Below are positions 38,371 through 49,301 of a stretch of 64,000 bases of DNA, in pieces (the stretch's first letter is position 1; every line of letters begins with the position of its first letter). Source of the DNA: an uncultured Verrucomicrobiae bacterium (GTDB lineage: Bacteria; Verrucomicrobiota; Verrucomicrobiia; Chthoniobacterales; UBA10450); assembly GCA_963772365.1 (NCBI GenBank), contig CAVYXA010000004.1, positions 96,001 to 160,000 on the forward strand. The letters run 5' to 3'. The notes below the pieces were generated by a model. The model saw nothing but the letters and a program-made list of their open reading frames with translations, was not told where the DNA came from and did no database searches. Position numbers and translations under genes: made by a program.

Positions 38371-40240
38371 GTTACCGACCGAATATGAGGTAATTGTGGT
38401 GGGCAGCGGCCACGCCGGGATTGAATCCGCATTAGCCTCGGCTCGGGTTGGCTGTCGCACGCTTCTACTGACCCAAAACTTGGATACGATTGGGCAAATG
38501 TCGTGCAATCCTGCGATCGGCGGTCTGGCCAAAGGGCATATCGTCCGTGAGATCGACGCGATGGGCGGCGCAATGGGGATGAATGCGGACGCCACAGGTA
38601 TTCAATTTCGGATGCTCAATCGAGCGAAAGGACCCTCAGTCCGTGCTCCGCGAGTCCAGTGCGATAAGAAGGCATATCAATTCCGCTTAAAAGCCAGTTT
38701 GGAGCTGTCGGAAAATGTCGATCTTAAACAAGCTACGGTGTCGAGGATTTTGGTTGAGAACGAGCGGGTCGTCGGGGTTCAGACAGATCTAGGGTTGGAA
38801 ATCCGGACACGCGCAGTCGTCATTACATCGGGCACGTTCTTGCGCGGTCTGTTGCATATTGGCGAGAACAGAAAACCGGGCGGTCGAATGGCAGATGCGA
38901 GTTCGGAATTGAGCGAAAATCTGCGGAACATTGGGTTTGAGGTCGGCCGATTTAAGACGGGAACCCCATGCCGGCTTAATGCGAGATCGATTGATTTCTC
39001 GAAATGTGGAGTGCAGATGGGGGATGAACCGCCACCTCGATTTGCATTTGACGACAAGGAGGTCAGCATCTCGGGAGACGATGTTTTCAGCCTAAACTTC
39101 GATGATCGCGGTGAGTTCCATGTGGAACAATTGCCTTGCTGGATCACATCGACAGTGCCGAAGACCCATGAGGTCATTCGTGCGAACCTTCATCGCTCCC
39201 CGCTCTACACTGGGCGAATCAAAGGGACCGGACCACGGTACTGTCCCTCTATCGAGGACAAAGTGGTGAGATTTGCTGATAAACCGTCGCATCAGCTCTT
39301 TCTGGAGCCAGAGGGGCGCCAAACCCGCGAATATTACGTGAATGGAATTTCGACTAGCCTGCCTTACGACGTCCAGCTGCAATTTCTCCAGACGATCCCG
39401 GGGCTGGAACGCGCTGAGATCATGCGCCCAGGATACGCCGTGGAATACGACTATTTCCCGCCGACCCAGCTCTTGTCGACGTTGGAAACCAAACTTATAA
39501 GCGGTCTCTATCTTGCCGGTCAGGTGAACGGGACGTCGGGTTATGAAGAAGCCGCGGCTCAAGGATTGATCGCTGGTGCTAACGCCGCTTTAAAGGTGCG
39601 AGGTACTTTGCCACTGATCTTGGAACGACATGAGGCTTATATCGGTGTCTTAATCGACGATCTCGTAACGAAGGGTACAGAAGAACCGTATCGGATGTTC
39701 ACAAGCCGGGCGGAAGAGCGACTATTTCTTCGGCAAGATAATGCAGATCAACGGTTGACTGGGCGGGCATTCAAAGCAGGGTTAGTTAGACATGGCCGAT
39801 GGACTCGATTTCAGCAGAAAATGCAAGCGCTGGATGGAGCGCGTCGACTGGCTAATGAAATAAGGATTGGCGGGGCGGCACTATCGCACCTCTTTAAGCG
39901 GCCGGACTTCCGAGTCGACAATATACCGCCTGAGGTGAGGGCGCGCTATCCGCTTGAGACTTGGAAGTTAATCGAAACCGATTTCAAGTATGAAGGCTAC
40001 GCGCACCGCCAGGCGAATCAGAACCGACAATTGGAGCGTCGGCAAGAGCTGCCACTGCCTACGACCTTAGATTACAGCAGAATCGGGGGTCTGCGATCGG
40101 AGACTCGCCAGAAACTGGCGGTATTGCGACCGTCCTCACTGGGCCAAATAGCGCGCATTAGCGGAATTACGCCTGCGGATGTTACGATAATATCTATATG
40201 GTTGAATAAAAGCGGCTTACATTTAATGAATTCCACTTAG
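38363..40240 (+). CDS. mnmG: tRNA uridine 5-carboxymethylaminomethyl modification enzyme
   Basis: [39 protein letters not shown]. Confidence 0.97.
   Translation: MYKLPTEYEVIVVGSGHAGIESALASARVGCRTLLLTQNLDTIGQMSCNPAIGGLAKGHIVREIDAMGGAMGMNADATGIQFRMLNRAKGPSVRAPRVQCDKKAYQFRLKASLELSENVDLKQATVSRILVENERVVGVQTDLGLEIRTRAVVITSGTFLRGLLHIGENRKPGGRMADASSELSENLRNIGFEVGRFKTGTPCRLNARSIDFSKCGVQMGDEPPPRFAFDDKEVSISGDDVFSLNFDDRGEFHVEQLPCWITSTVPKTHEVIRANLHRSPLYTGRIKGTGPRYCPSIEDKVVRFADKPSHQLFLEPEGRQTREYYVNGISTSLPYDVQLQFLQTIPGLERAEIMRPGYAVEYDYFPPTQLLSTLETKLISGLYLAGQVNGTSGYEEAAAQGLIAGANAALKVRGTLPLILERHEAYIGVLIDDLVTKGTEEPYRMFTSRAEERLFLRQDNADQRLTGRAFKAGLVRHGRWTRFQQKMQALDGARRLANEIRIGGAALSHLFKRPDFRVDNIPPEVRARYPLETWKLIETDFKYEGYAHRQANQNRQLERRQELPLPTTLDYSRIGGLRSETRQKLAVLRPSSLGQIARISGITPADVTIISIWLNKSGLHLMNST
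39114..39129. promoter_or_regulatory. parS-like centromere site inside mnmG
   Basis: AGTTCCATGTGGAACA, 14/16 match to the palindrome TGTTCCACGTGGAACA; encodes FHVEQ. Confidence 0.7.
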
Positions 40241-40252
40241 CATCGACGCTAG

Positions 40253-40879
40253 ATGGTCATGGTTTCTGCAATTATCATCGGGAGTTACCTGCTTGGTTCA
40301 ATTCCGGCCGCATATTTCGCCGGCCGCATCGCTAGGACGGACATTCGCGATGTCGGCAGCGGCAACATTGGCGCCACCAATGTCGTCCGTACGTTAGGCA
40401 AGCGCTACGGGTATCCGGTCTTCGCCTTCGATTTCCTGAAGGGCTGGGGCGCAGTGCGATTGTCGATGTTCCTTGTAGGGCGTTTCCAGCCCGCACCGAT
40501 CTCGCCGGAAGTTGCCGGAATCATCGCCGCTGTCTCTTGCATCTTCGGGCATTCATTTCCGATCTGGCTTGGGTTCAAAGGCGGAAAAGGCGTCGCTCCT
40601 TCTGCAGGCTCATTGTTCGGGCTAATGCCGGTAGGGCTTTTGATCGGTGCAGTCATTTGGTTGCTCACGTTTCGCTTAACCCGCTACGTCTCAGTGGCAT
40701 CTATGATCGCCGCTCTGGTTTTGCCAATAGTGATTGCGATACTGAGTTCGTTAGGCTTGAATGGCGATCGAGGGCTGGTTTACTTCTCCATTTGCATGGC
40801 AGCGTTCATTATTCTGCGTCATCGCTCGAATCTCTCTCGTTTAATTCGCGGAACGGAGCCACGTTTTACTCGAAAGTGA
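40253..40879 (+). CDS. plsY: Glycerol-3-phosphate acyltransferase
   Basis: [33 protein letters not shown]. Confidence 0.95.
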   Translation: MVMVSAIIIGSYLLGSIPAAYFAGRIARTDIRDVGSGNIGATNVVRTLGKRYGYPVFAFDFLKGWGAVRLSMFLVGRFQPAPISPEVAGIIAAVSCIFGHSFPIWLGFKGGKGVAPSAGSLFGLMPVGLLIGAVIWLLTFRLTRYVSVASMIAALVLPIVIAILSSLGLNGDRGLVYFSICMAAFIILRHRSNLSRLIRGTEPRFTRK

Positions 40880-41877
40880 AGATCAACAAGATCGCAATCC
40901 TAGGAGCTGGGAGTTGGGGCACCGCATTGGCCGCGCTTTGGTCAAAGAAGGGCTGTCCAGTTACGCTCTGGAGTCGCGATGCTGAACGCGCCGGGCGGAT
41001 GCGCCAGAGCCGCCAAAACTCCGATTACCTTCCAGGTTTGCAACTCGCGGGCAACGTCAATGTTACATCGGACCTTCGGGCTTGCGCCGATGTCGATCTT
41101 ATCATTTTCGTTATGCCATCAACCGCCTTACGCGACATCGCCGATAGGCTGGGCGAGGTGACGATTCGTGATCGAGCTATCTTGTTAAGTTGCACGAAGG
41201 GAATCGAGCGCGGCACCGGCTTGCGAATGACGCAGATTTTGGCAGAACGTTTCCCGCGAAATAGGGTTGCCGTGCTTTCTGGGCCAAATCTCGCCGTCGA
41301 AGTCGCCCAAGATCTGCCCACGGCGACGGTAATCGGGTGTGAGGATGCCGAGTGCGCAGCGCTCCTGCAAGATAACCTTGGCGGCGCACGTTTCCGGATT
41401 TACACGAGTCCGGAGGTGGTATCGATCGAATTGGGCGGCGCACTCAAGAACGTGTTTGCTCTGGCCGCAGGAATCAGTGATGGGCTCCGGCTCGGTGATA
41501 ATGCAAAGGCAGCTTTGGTCACGCGTTCTCTTGCCGAAATGGTCAGGCTCGGTGAAGCGATGGGTGGGAGGCCAGGCGCGTTTCACGGATTAAGCGGCGT
41601 CGGCGATCTAATCGTCACCTGCTACAGTGAGCGCAGCCGGAACCACACCGTTGGAAAATGGTTAGGTCAAGGCGAAACGTTAGCGAAAATCACCGCTTCC
41701 ATGAAAATGGTGGCCGAAGGAATTCCGACTGCCCAGAGTGCTCGCGAACGCGGCAAGATGCTTAACATCGACATTCCGATCATTGATCAGGTTTACGCGA
41801 TGGTGTACGAGCAGAAGGCACCGTTGGTCGCGCTGGAAGAATTACTGAATCGGGAACAAAAATCAGAACAAGCCTAA
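40876..41877 (+). CDS. gpsA: NAD(P)H-dependent glycerol-3-phosphate dehydrogenase
   Basis: GAGSWGTALA, LSGPNLA, GALKNV, GDLIVTC..SRN; GTG start overlapping the plsY stop. Confidence 0.95.
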   Translation: MKINKIAILGAGSWGTALAALWSKKGCPVTLWSRDAERAGRMRQSRQNSDYLPGLQLAGNVNVTSDLRACADVDLIIFVMPSTALRDIADRLGEVTIRDRAILLSCTKGIERGTGLRMTQILAERFPRNRVAVLSGPNLAVEVAQDLPTATVIGCEDAECAALLQDNLGGARFRIYTSPEVVSIELGGALKNVFALAAGISDGLRLGDNAKAALVTRSLAEMVRLGEAMGGRPGAFHGLSGVGDLIVTCYSERSRNHTVGKWLGQGETLAKITASMKMVAEGIPTAQSARERGKMLNIDIPIIDQVYAMVYEQKAPLVALEELLNREQKSEQA

Positions 41878-42464
41878 GCGCGGGAGACTCTCCCGCAAAA
41901 ATCCGCAATTACCGCCGGATAAAGCTCCCGTTCCGCAGTTTGGATTCGGGCATGCAGAGTTTCTGGGGTGTCATCGGACCGGATTGGCACTTCGCGCTGG
42001 CCGAGGATTTCCCCGTGATCGATCTCAGCATCGACGTAATGGACAGTGCATCCAGTTGTTTTTTCACCCGCTGTTAGTGCCTGCTTCCAAGCTGCAAGGC
42101 CGGGAAATTTCGGGAGCAGGGATGGATGAATGTTGATGATCCTTCTCGGGAACGCCTCCAGCATTGGCGATTTCAAAACTCGCATAAATCCCGCGAGAAC
42201 TACGAGTTCAACTCCCGCTTCGCGCAAAATCTTCACCAACTCCGATTCCACTTGCGGCTCCAACCGGGTGCGAAATGCGCCGGACGGCAGGTAGGCGTTC
42301 GGCACGGCGAATTCCCGGGCAATGTCGAGAACCGGCGCGTCGAGCACATCGGAAATGATAACTCGGACCTCGGCAGCCAGCTCGCCAGCGCGAATCTTCT
42401 CCAGAATCGCGCGGCAATTGGTACCCTTACCGGATCCAAGTATGCCGATTGGTAGTCGTTTCAC
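41874..42464 (-). CDS. purN: Phosphoribosylglycinamide formyltransferase
   Basis: GSGKGTN, LAGFMRVL, INIHPSLLPKFPG. Confidence 0.95.
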   Translation of the reverse strand: MKRLPIGILGSGKGTNCRAILEKIRAGELAAEVRVIISDVLDAPVLDIAREFAVPNAYLPSGAFRTRLEPQVESELVKILREAGVELVVLAGFMRVLKSPMLEAFPRRIINIHPSLLPKFPGLAAWKQALTAGEKTTGCTVHYVDAEIDHGEILGQREVPIRSDDTPETLHARIQTAERELYPAVIADFCGRVSRA

Positions 42465-42952
42465 CTATCGATCTTACGCAATTGTTCCAACAGCCGTGAC
42501 GTCGAATACCCGGCCTCGAACGGGACGATATGAATCTCGGCGTCAAGCTTCTCCAGCACTGCTCGCTCCTCTTGGTTCAATGTTTCAGAAGTGTAGTCGC
42601 CGCCCTTTGTGTAAACTGCCGGATTCGCTGCGGCAAGAAACCTGATTGCTCTCGCGTCTTCAAAAATCGTGACGAAATCAACACATGCCAGGGCGGCGAG
42701 CACTTCGGCCCGATCTTTCTCATTGTTCAATGGCCGGCCCGTTCCTTTCAGTTGCCGCACTGATTCATCGCCGTTTACACCAACTACCAGCGCATCCCCG
42801 AGCAAACGGGCAGTTTGCAAATAGCGCACATGCCCGACGTGCAACAAATCAAAGCAGCCATTGGTGGCCACAATCCGCTTGCCAGTCGCACGCAATTCCC
42901 TGGAGCGCGCCGCAAGCTGATCCAGACCAATGATCTTGGAGTCCGCTTTCAC
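42461..42952 (-). CDS. D-glycero-beta-D-manno-heptose 1-phosphate adenylyltransferase (RfaE domain II / HldC-like)
   Basis: TNGCFDLLHVGHVRYL, KGGDY, GYSTS. Confidence 0.9.
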   Translation of the reverse strand: MKADSKIIGLDQLAARSRELRATGKRIVATNGCFDLLHVGHVRYLQTARLLGDALVVGVNGDESVRQLKGTGRPLNNEKDRAEVLAALACVDFVTIFEDARAIRFLAAANPAVYTKGGDYTSETLNQEERAVLEKLDAEIHIVPFEAGYSTSRLLEQLRKIDR

Positions 42953-43842
42953 TTGATCACAAAATTTAGCGCCTTCGGCATTACTTGAAAAACAATTGGT
43001 GTGCTGCCCACTGGTTCGCCATCCACATTGAAATGCATCTTCGGCCGCGATCTCACTTTAATCTTCGCTCCACGTCGGAATACAATTGCTTTATTGCGTA
43101 TATGCTGACCCAAAAGAATTTGGCCTGCCAGCAACGCCAGCTCGGCGATGGGGCAAGCTGGGATCAAGATGACGTCCGCTAATCCATCCTGTGGATCGGC
43201 CTTTGGCGCTATCGGCAATCCACCGGCAACGAAACGGCCATTGGCCACGATGATGTTATAAACGTCCCGCGATAGTTTCGCGTGATTATCGAAGACAATC
43301 TCGCACCGATATGCCAGTAGATCGGGGAGAGCAGCCACTGCGCTTCGCACATAGGAAAGCGGTCCCCAAGCGCGCTTGATTTGTGACGTCAGGCGTTCGT
43401 CTACAGCTCCACTAAAACCCCCGGCGGAGATATTGGCAAAATAGCGAACCCGCTCGCCTTTTACCCGGATCAGGTCAAGCAAAGTGGTTCTGCAGCTGCG
43501 CAAGATGTCGATGTTGTCCTCAATGGCTGACGGCATTCCGAACGATCGGGCAAAATCGTTTCCAGTGCCGAGCGGAATTAATCCCAGGCAAATCTCCTCC
43601 GAGCGTCTGGATTGAGCGATTGCATTAATGACCTCATTCAGTGTGCCGTCGCCGCCGGCGACGATTATGAAGTCGCACCGCCCGCGGATCGCATTCTGCG
43701 CCACAGTTTTCGCCTCTCCCTTTCGACGCGTAACGTGAAGCTTTGCGGGATTAAGGATGCGGAGTCGCTCCAAAAGCCCCTCCAGATCTTCGATTGATCC
43801 AGCGGCCGGATTAATAATTACGAGCGGTTTCGCCCTGTTCAT
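42949..43842 (-). CDS. Diacylglycerol/lipid kinase (YegS/DagK family)
   Basis: INPAAG, GGDGTLNEV, PLGTGNDFAR, NVDGE. Confidence 0.92.
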   Translation of the reverse strand: MNRAKPLVIINPAAGSIEDLEGLLERLRILNPAKLHVTRRKGEAKTVAQNAIRGRCDFIIVAGGDGTLNEVINAIAQSRRSEEICLGLIPLGTGNDFARSFGMPSAIEDNIDILRSCRTTLLDLIRVKGERVRYFANISAGGFSGAVDERLTSQIKRAWGPLSYVRSAVAALPDLLAYRCEIVFDNHAKLSRDVYNIIVANGRFVAGGLPIAPKADPQDGLADVILIPACPIAELALLAGQILLGQHIRNKAIVFRRGAKIKVRSRPKMHFNVDGEPVGSTPIVFQVMPKALNFVIK

Positions 43843-43917
43843 TCTTCGCACAAATCTCGGATGGCTTTCTGGTTTTTCCAGTTGGCCTTTGCTCGAATTT
43901 CGCGAGGGTATCGTGAA

Positions 43918-44697
43918 ATGGCGGAAAAAAATTCAAGGCGCGAGATGGTCAGAGAAAAATCGGGCAATGGCTTCCGCATCTCCAATGGTCCTATCGTTCG
44001 CCTAACGGAGGAGGAACGGCTCAAGGATAGCTTCCGCATTGTAGAGCTTCCGCGCGTTCACGGTGCTCCGAAGTTATTTGCCATCGCTCGCGATCCAAAA
44101 ACGATATTTCTTTATTGGGAGATTGATTGGCCCGCTGCTTTTGCTGGTTCTCCACCGGTAGATCGACAAGTGCATCTCCGATTGCTTCGTGAAAATGGTT
44201 CCCAAGAAACAACTACCGCTGTTGAGCCGATGGCCGGGAGTTGTTTTTTGACGGTTTCCGATCCGAGGGCAGCGTACCGCATCGAAATCGGGTACTATTA
44301 TCCGGAAAACAATTGGAATTCTGTCGCGCTATCCGAAGGAGTGAAGATGCCGCCCGAAGCGGTTTCAGATGAACGCGATGTCGATCTCGCCACGATCCCG
44401 TTTCATCTCAGTTTCCAACGGCTTATCGACTTGCATCGTGCATCCGATGCGAATGCTTTGACTGAAATTATTTCTCGCCTCCAGAAGCAAGCCACCACGA
44501 ATGATGAACAGGCGCTTCTTAGTGACGAAGAACGGGAAATCCTGCGAGCCATGAAGGTGTCGGTCGATGAAATCCGCGACTCGCGAGGGGAACTTCTCGG
44601 CCAAAGCAAAGAAACTGCCTTACGCAAGCGCGCGGAAGCCCTTCTCGGTTTCGGCGCGACTAGCCCTGCAGGCGGATTTGGTCCGAGTAGTTGGTAG
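43918..44697 (+). CDS. DUF4912-like domain protein
   Basis: LFAIARDPKTIFLYWE, YRIEIGY. Confidence 0.75.
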   Translation: MAEKNSRREMVREKSGNGFRISNGPIVRLTEEERLKDSFRIVELPRVHGAPKLFAIARDPKTIFLYWEIDWPAAFAGSPPVDRQVHLRLLRENGSQETTTAVEPMAGSCFLTVSDPRAAYRIEIGYYYPENNWNSVALSEGVKMPPEAVSDERDVDLATIPFHLSFQRLIDLHRASDANALTEIISRLQKQATTNDEQALLSDEEREILRAMKVSVDEIRDSRGELLGQSKETALRKRAEALLGFGATSPAGGFGPSSW

Positions 44698-44727
44698 GGT
44701 TAGATTGCGAAGCCGCTCCCTTCGAAA

Positions 44728-45204
44728 CTACCACTTCCAGCGTTTTCGGATCGGCTCGATATAATCACCGATGTCGATCTTCTTGAGCCGCCCAACCCGA
44801 TCGCGAACTGCGTCGGTCGAGTCTTCATATTTTTCTTTCACCGACTTTAGAAAAGGCCGCACAGAGGGCAGTGAAGCCAGGCTCGAATTGATCCAGCCTA
44901 AAGCGGTTTTCGCGTCCGCTTGCCTTCGCTCTTCGTTATAGGCATAGCGGATGGCAAAACCTACTGCGAGCCCCACAATCAGCGCCCCCAGAATCGTTGG
45001 CACTGGATTTTCGCGCAGGAAAAACTCGGTCCTACCGCCAGCCACGCCCGCCTTAATTTTCCTTTGCTTCCACCGATCTCCCGCCGGCGGCGAAACTTTC
45101 CGGGTCGCTCCGCGAAGGCGGCTTCGGCGGGTCTGTCGAGGGCGAGGTCGGTTCATCGGCAAAGGTTCATCTTGGACAAAATCGTCGTTGTCTGGAGTGG
45201 TCAT
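44728..45204 (-). CDS. Hypothetical membrane-anchored protein
   Basis: RENPVPTILGALIVGLAVGFAIR (ElaB/YqjD-like TM motif). Confidence 0.6.
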   Translation of the reverse strand: MTTPDNDDFVQDEPLPMNRPRPRQTRRSRLRGATRKVSPPAGDRWKQRKIKAGVAGGRTEFFLRENPVPTILGALIVGLAVGFAIRYAYNEERRQADAKTALGWINSSLASLPSVRPFLKSVKEKYEDSTDAVRDRVGRLKKIDIGDYIEPIRKRWKW

Positions 45205-45287
45205 ACTATTGATTCGTAAACCGGAGTGCAATTGCGTTTCTCTAAGCTCGCTGCAACTTTATCTTCGAAAAGAACGAAAGGAACAAA

Positions 45288-45596
45288 ATGGCTGATCTGA
45301 GCAAGGAAGAAGCTTACTGGCGCGAACAGCATCCCCAACAACCGTACGCGGATAAGAAATTGTCCTACGAAGAGTATGCACCGGCGTACCGGATAGGCTA
45401 CGAAGGTTTCCACAAATATCGTGGGAAGAAGTACGACGAAATTGAAGACGATCTCGCTTTGGATTACCAACGCAATCGAGCCGGAGCAGCTCTGCCGTGG
45501 GACCATGCCCGGCATGCAGTTCGAGCTGCGTGGGCCAAAGTGAGCAATGATATTACGCCGCGGGATCCCGATCGCGGAATCCGAAGTGGGTTCTGA
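45288..45596 (+). CDS. Hypothetical protein
   Basis: ATG after a purine-rich RBS (aaggaa); EEAYWRE..YAPAYRIG. Confidence 0.7.
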   Translation: MADLSKEEAYWREQHPQQPYADKKLSYEEYAPAYRIGYEGFHKYRGKKYDEIEDDLALDYQRNRAGAALPWDHARHAVRAAWAKVSNDITPRDPDRGIRSGF

Positions 45597-45648
45597 CCGC
45601 TAAGGTTGGTCGGTCCCAGGCTGACTGGTGTCGGCTCCGACATTTCCA

Positions 45649-46314
45649 TTAGGGAGCAAGCCGATCGATACGCCAGGAATTGTCCGGCTGCTTTGTATAT
45701 CGGAACCGGTCGTGCAATCGATTTGGTCGACCCTGCCAAAATTCCACGGCATCGGGCCTGACTCGATATCCGCCCCAGTGCGGCGGCAGCGGGATCGGTT
45801 TGTCGCGAAAGCGCTCCATCATCTCCGCCATGCGGGCGTCGAGGACTCGGCGAGCATCGATCACTTCGCTTTGACGCGAGACCCACGCGCCGAGCTGACT
45901 ACCGGCCGGACGTGAATGAAAGTAGCGCTCCGATTCTTCACGCGAAGTCCGTTCCGCCGGGCCGCTGATCCGAATTTGTCGATCCAGTTCGATCCAGTAA
46001 AAACAAAGCGCTGTCTGCGCGTTCTGCTCGAGCTGTCGCCCTTTTTCACTGTCGTAGTTAGTGAAGAAGACAAAACCATCCTGATCGAAACTTTTAAGCA
46101 GGACAATCCGCACAGACGGTTTGCCGTGCTGGTCGGCGGTAGCTAATGCCATCGCATTCACATCACGAATTCCCGCTTCGATCGCAGCCGTAAACCAGTT
46201 TCCAAATTGCTTAATCGGGTCCGGATCCAGATCGCGACGCCGAAGGCCATGCGCGGCGTGTTCGTAACGCGCACCGGCCGGATCGAGTGGTGTGTCGAAC
46301 ATTTGTTGAATCAC
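45649..46314 (-). CDS. pdxH: Pyridoxamine 5'-phosphate oxidase
   Basis: RIVLLK, FFTNYDSEKG, EFWQGRPNRLHDR. Confidence 0.96.
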   Translation of the reverse strand: MIQQMFDTPLDPAGARYEHAAHGLRRRDLDPDPIKQFGNWFTAAIEAGIRDVNAMALATADQHGKPSVRIVLLKSFDQDGFVFFTNYDSEKGRQLEQNAQTALCFYWIELDRQIRISGPAERTSREESERYFHSRPAGSQLGAWVSRQSEVIDARRVLDARMAEMMERFRDKPIPLPPHWGGYRVRPDAVEFWQGRPNRLHDRFRYTKQPDNSWRIDRLAP

Positions 46315-47183
46315 TATAAAAATCGCTCCAGAATTGGTTTCAACTTTTTAATAGTCGTTTCCGGCCAAAGTTTCCGATCTGTAACCAGCGCCATATCCAG
46401 AGCGGAATGTTCCGGCCAGGTCGACTCCGTCGGCAGACGGGGAATTGCATCGACGAGAACTTTCTTCGCCGCAGCTGCGTTAGCGGTGAGATGGCCAAAA
46501 ACGGTCTGGGCCGAAACCGGTTCCTCATCAACTTTCCAGCAATCGTAATCTGTGATCATCGCCATCGTGCCGAGAGCAATTTCTGCTTCCCGCGCCAGTT
46601 TCGCTTCCGGAAGATTAGTCATCCCGATTACGTCAAAGCCGTTGCGACGGTGGAACTCCGATTCCGCCCGTGTCGAAAATGCTGGGCCGTCCATGTTCAC
46701 GTAAGTCCCGCCCTCATGAACAGTGACACCAACTCGCTGCGCCGAGTCCGCCAGCAACTTTCTCAACGCGGCGCTCGTCGGTTCGGCGAAGGAAATGTGC
46801 GCCACGATGCCTTCACCGAAAAAAGTGTGAACGGCCCGCAAGCTGGTCCGATCATAGAATTGCGATGGCAACAGAATATCGCGTGGCCGGTACTTCTCCT
46901 GCAAACTGCCCACCGCGGTCACGGCAATGATCCAGCGCACATTGAGCGAACGCAGCGCATAAATGTTGGCCCGATGATTCAGCTCGTGTGGCAAAATCCG
47001 GTGACCACGCCCGTGCCGCGGCAAAAAATAAACCTGCCGTCCACCCAGGTTGCCGCCGATCAAAACATCCGAAGGTGGCCCAAACGGAGTGTCGATCCTG
47101 TGCTCGGTCGGATCGCGCAGTTCCTCCATTTGGTACAACCCGCTGCCGCTGATGACTCCGATTGCCGGAATAATTCTCTCCAT
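46314..47183 (-). CDS. mtnP: S-methyl-5'-thioadenosine phosphorylase
   Basis: SGSGLY, RHGRGH, GPAFSTRAES, TDYDCW. Confidence 0.94.
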   Translation of the reverse strand: MERIIPAIGVISGSGLYQMEELRDPTEHRIDTPFGPPSDVLIGGNLGGRQVYFLPRHGRGHRILPHELNHRANIYALRSLNVRWIIAVTAVGSLQEKYRPRDILLPSQFYDRTSLRAVHTFFGEGIVAHISFAEPTSAALRKLLADSAQRVGVTVHEGGTYVNMDGPAFSTRAESEFHRRNGFDVIGMTNLPEAKLAREAEIALGTMAMITDYDCWKVDEEPVSAQTVFGHLTANAAAAKKVLVDAIPRLPTESTWPEHSALDMALVTDRKLWPETTIKKLKPILERFL

Positions 47184-47268
47184 CGCGCCGAATTAAGCCG
47201 AAGGACGATGGAAATGAAAAGTGGATAATGGCGAATGACCCCGGCTGGTGTATTATTTTCGCCCGTCC

Positions 47269-48660
47269 ATGCCGAAGTTTTACATCAAGACCTACGGCTG
47301 CCAGATGAACGAGCGCGATTCGGAACAGGTCGCCCACTCGCTCATTTCGCGCGGTTATGAGCGCGTCGCGCATGAAGTCGAGGCGGATGTTGTTCTTCTG
47401 AACACCTGCAGCGTCCGGGACATGGCGGACCAAAAGGCGCTCGGGAAAATGGGAATGCTCGGGCGGATCGCTAAAGAGCGGCCGCAAGTTGTGTTCGGAT
47501 TTCTAGGTTGCATGGCCCAAGCCCGTGGCGAATCGCTTCTGAAGAACTTGCCGCATGTCGATCTTGTCGTGGGCACGCAAAAGTTCCATCGCGTGGCCGA
47601 TTATGTGGAGGAAATAATCGCGCGCAAAAATGCTACGGCGCAACCGCCGGGCGCGCCGCCGCAACGTCCAATCGATGATCTGCGTTTCTCGATTGTCGAT
47701 GTTGCAGAGGAAAGTGGCTCGCAGGAGTCGATCCACGAACAAGAATTAGCGCCGAAGCAGGCGACGGCATTCGTCTCGATCATGCAAGGTTGCAATATGC
47801 ATTGCACTTTTTGCATCGTGCCGCAGACGCGCGGCGCGGAGCGAAGCCGCTCGATTCCCGCGATCGTGCGGGAAGTGCGCTATCTCGTTTCGCGCGGGGT
47901 GAAGGAAGTGACGTTGCTCGGGCAGATCGTGAACCTGTATGGGCGCCACGAATTTCCGAAGATCGACAACAAAAGTCCGTTCGTGCAGTTACTCGAAGCT
48001 GTTCATCAAATCGACGATCTCGAGCGCCTGCGCTTCACTTCGCCGCATCCGATCGGATTCCGTTCCGATTTGATCGAAGCATTTGCGACTCTACCCAAGC
48101 TGGCCGAGCACGTTCATCTTCCACTGCAATCCGGTTCCAACAAGATTCTGAAAGCTATGCATCGCGCCTACACGGCGGAAAAATATGTCGATCTAATCCG
48201 GCTGCTGCGTCAGGCCCGCAACGGCATCGCGATTACCACAGACATTATCGTTGGGTTTCCCGGTGAAACCGAAGATGATTACCGGCAAACGCGCGAGCTC
48301 GTCCAGGAGCTCGAGTTTGATAATGCTTTCATCTTTCGTTATTCACCGCGACAAGAAACGCCGGCTGCGGAGATGTCCGATCAGATCGACGAGCGCACGA
48401 AGGAACAACGCAATCAGGAATTACTCGCAATTGTAAACGCATCGAATCAGCGCGCGCTGAATCAGGTCGTCGGAGGCGAAGTGGAAGTTCTTTGCGAAGG
48501 TCCGAGTAAAACGAATCCTGCGCGATTGATGGGCAGAACGCGCACGAATAAGATCGTTGTTTTTCAAGGAAGCAATGACCTGATCGGGAGGCGTGTCGAT
48601 GTTCAGATCGAGCGGGCGAACGGTTTCAGCTTGTATGGCTCGCCTGTGCCGCGAATGTGA
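47269..48660 (+). CDS. miaB: tRNA-2-methylthio-N6-dimethylallyladenosine synthase
   Basis: TYGCQMNERDSE, CNMHCTFC, TDIIVGFPGET, TRAM domain. Confidence 0.96.
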   Translation: MPKFYIKTYGCQMNERDSEQVAHSLISRGYERVAHEVEADVVLLNTCSVRDMADQKALGKMGMLGRIAKERPQVVFGFLGCMAQARGESLLKNLPHVDLVVGTQKFHRVADYVEEIIARKNATAQPPGAPPQRPIDDLRFSIVDVAEESGSQESIHEQELAPKQATAFVSIMQGCNMHCTFCIVPQTRGAERSRSIPAIVREVRYLVSRGVKEVTLLGQIVNLYGRHEFPKIDNKSPFVQLLEAVHQIDDLERLRFTSPHPIGFRSDLIEAFATLPKLAEHVHLPLQSGSNKILKAMHRAYTAEKYVDLIRLLRQARNGIAITTDIIVGFPGETEDDYRQTRELVQELEFDNAFIFRYSPRQETPAAEMSDQIDERTKEQRNQELLAIVNASNQRALNQVVGGEVEVLCEGPSKTNPARLMGRTRTNKIVVFQGSNDLIGRRVDVQIERANGFSLYGSPVPRM

Positions 48661-48679
48661 CCGGTCAAAAACACTTCAA

Positions 48680-49228
48680 ATGATTTATCATCTCTCTTTG
48701 CGAACCATGGGCATCCTCTGTGGCCTGTGCCTGGTCATTATAAGTTTGCCTGGTCTGGTGAAACCGGATCTCGCCGGGCTTGCCCAACGATTTCCGCGTT
48801 CGCGTTTTGCCGGATTTCTTTTGCTGACTGTCGATCTCGTCTGGAGCCTTTGGCTGGTAGCTACCATCGAGATGGGCGAATTTGCCAGTTTTCGCGGACC
48901 ACTGCTCATCGCGTTGCCCATCGGTTATTTTCTCGTTCTGCGCTTTGTTGATGAATTCCTCGCTGTTCGCGCTCTGGGCGTTCTATGCTTGTTAGCCGCC
49001 GAGCCACTGCTGGATGCTGCGTTTCTTCGTCACGAAGCGAGCCGTCTTCTCGTGACGGTGTTCGCCTACGTGCTCATCATTGCCGGGTTGTTCTGGACGG
49101 CCATTCCATACATTTTGCGCGACGAAATCAACTGGGGCGCACGGACGCCGGCTCGGTGGCGATTACTCCACGGAATTATCTTTTGCTACGGCGCGGCGAT
49201 TCTCGCCTTCGCCTTTGTCCAATATTGA
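48680..49228 (+). CDS. Hypothetical integral membrane protein
   Basis: Several TM helices; DEFLAVRALG. Confidence 0.7.
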   Translation: MIYHLSLRTMGILCGLCLVIISLPGLVKPDLAGLAQRFPRSRFAGFLLLTVDLVWSLWLVATIEMGEFASFRGPLLIALPIGYFLVLRFVDEFLAVRALGVLCLLAAEPLLDAAFLRHEASRLLVTVFAYVLIIAGLFWTAIPYILRDEINWGARTPARWRLLHGIIFCYGAAILAFAFVQY

Positions 49229-49301
49229 GACCTGTATTTTGTAGGGCGTTTCTGTGAAACGCCTGGATCGGGTCGACGCGGACGCCCTGGAAGCATACTA
49301 G

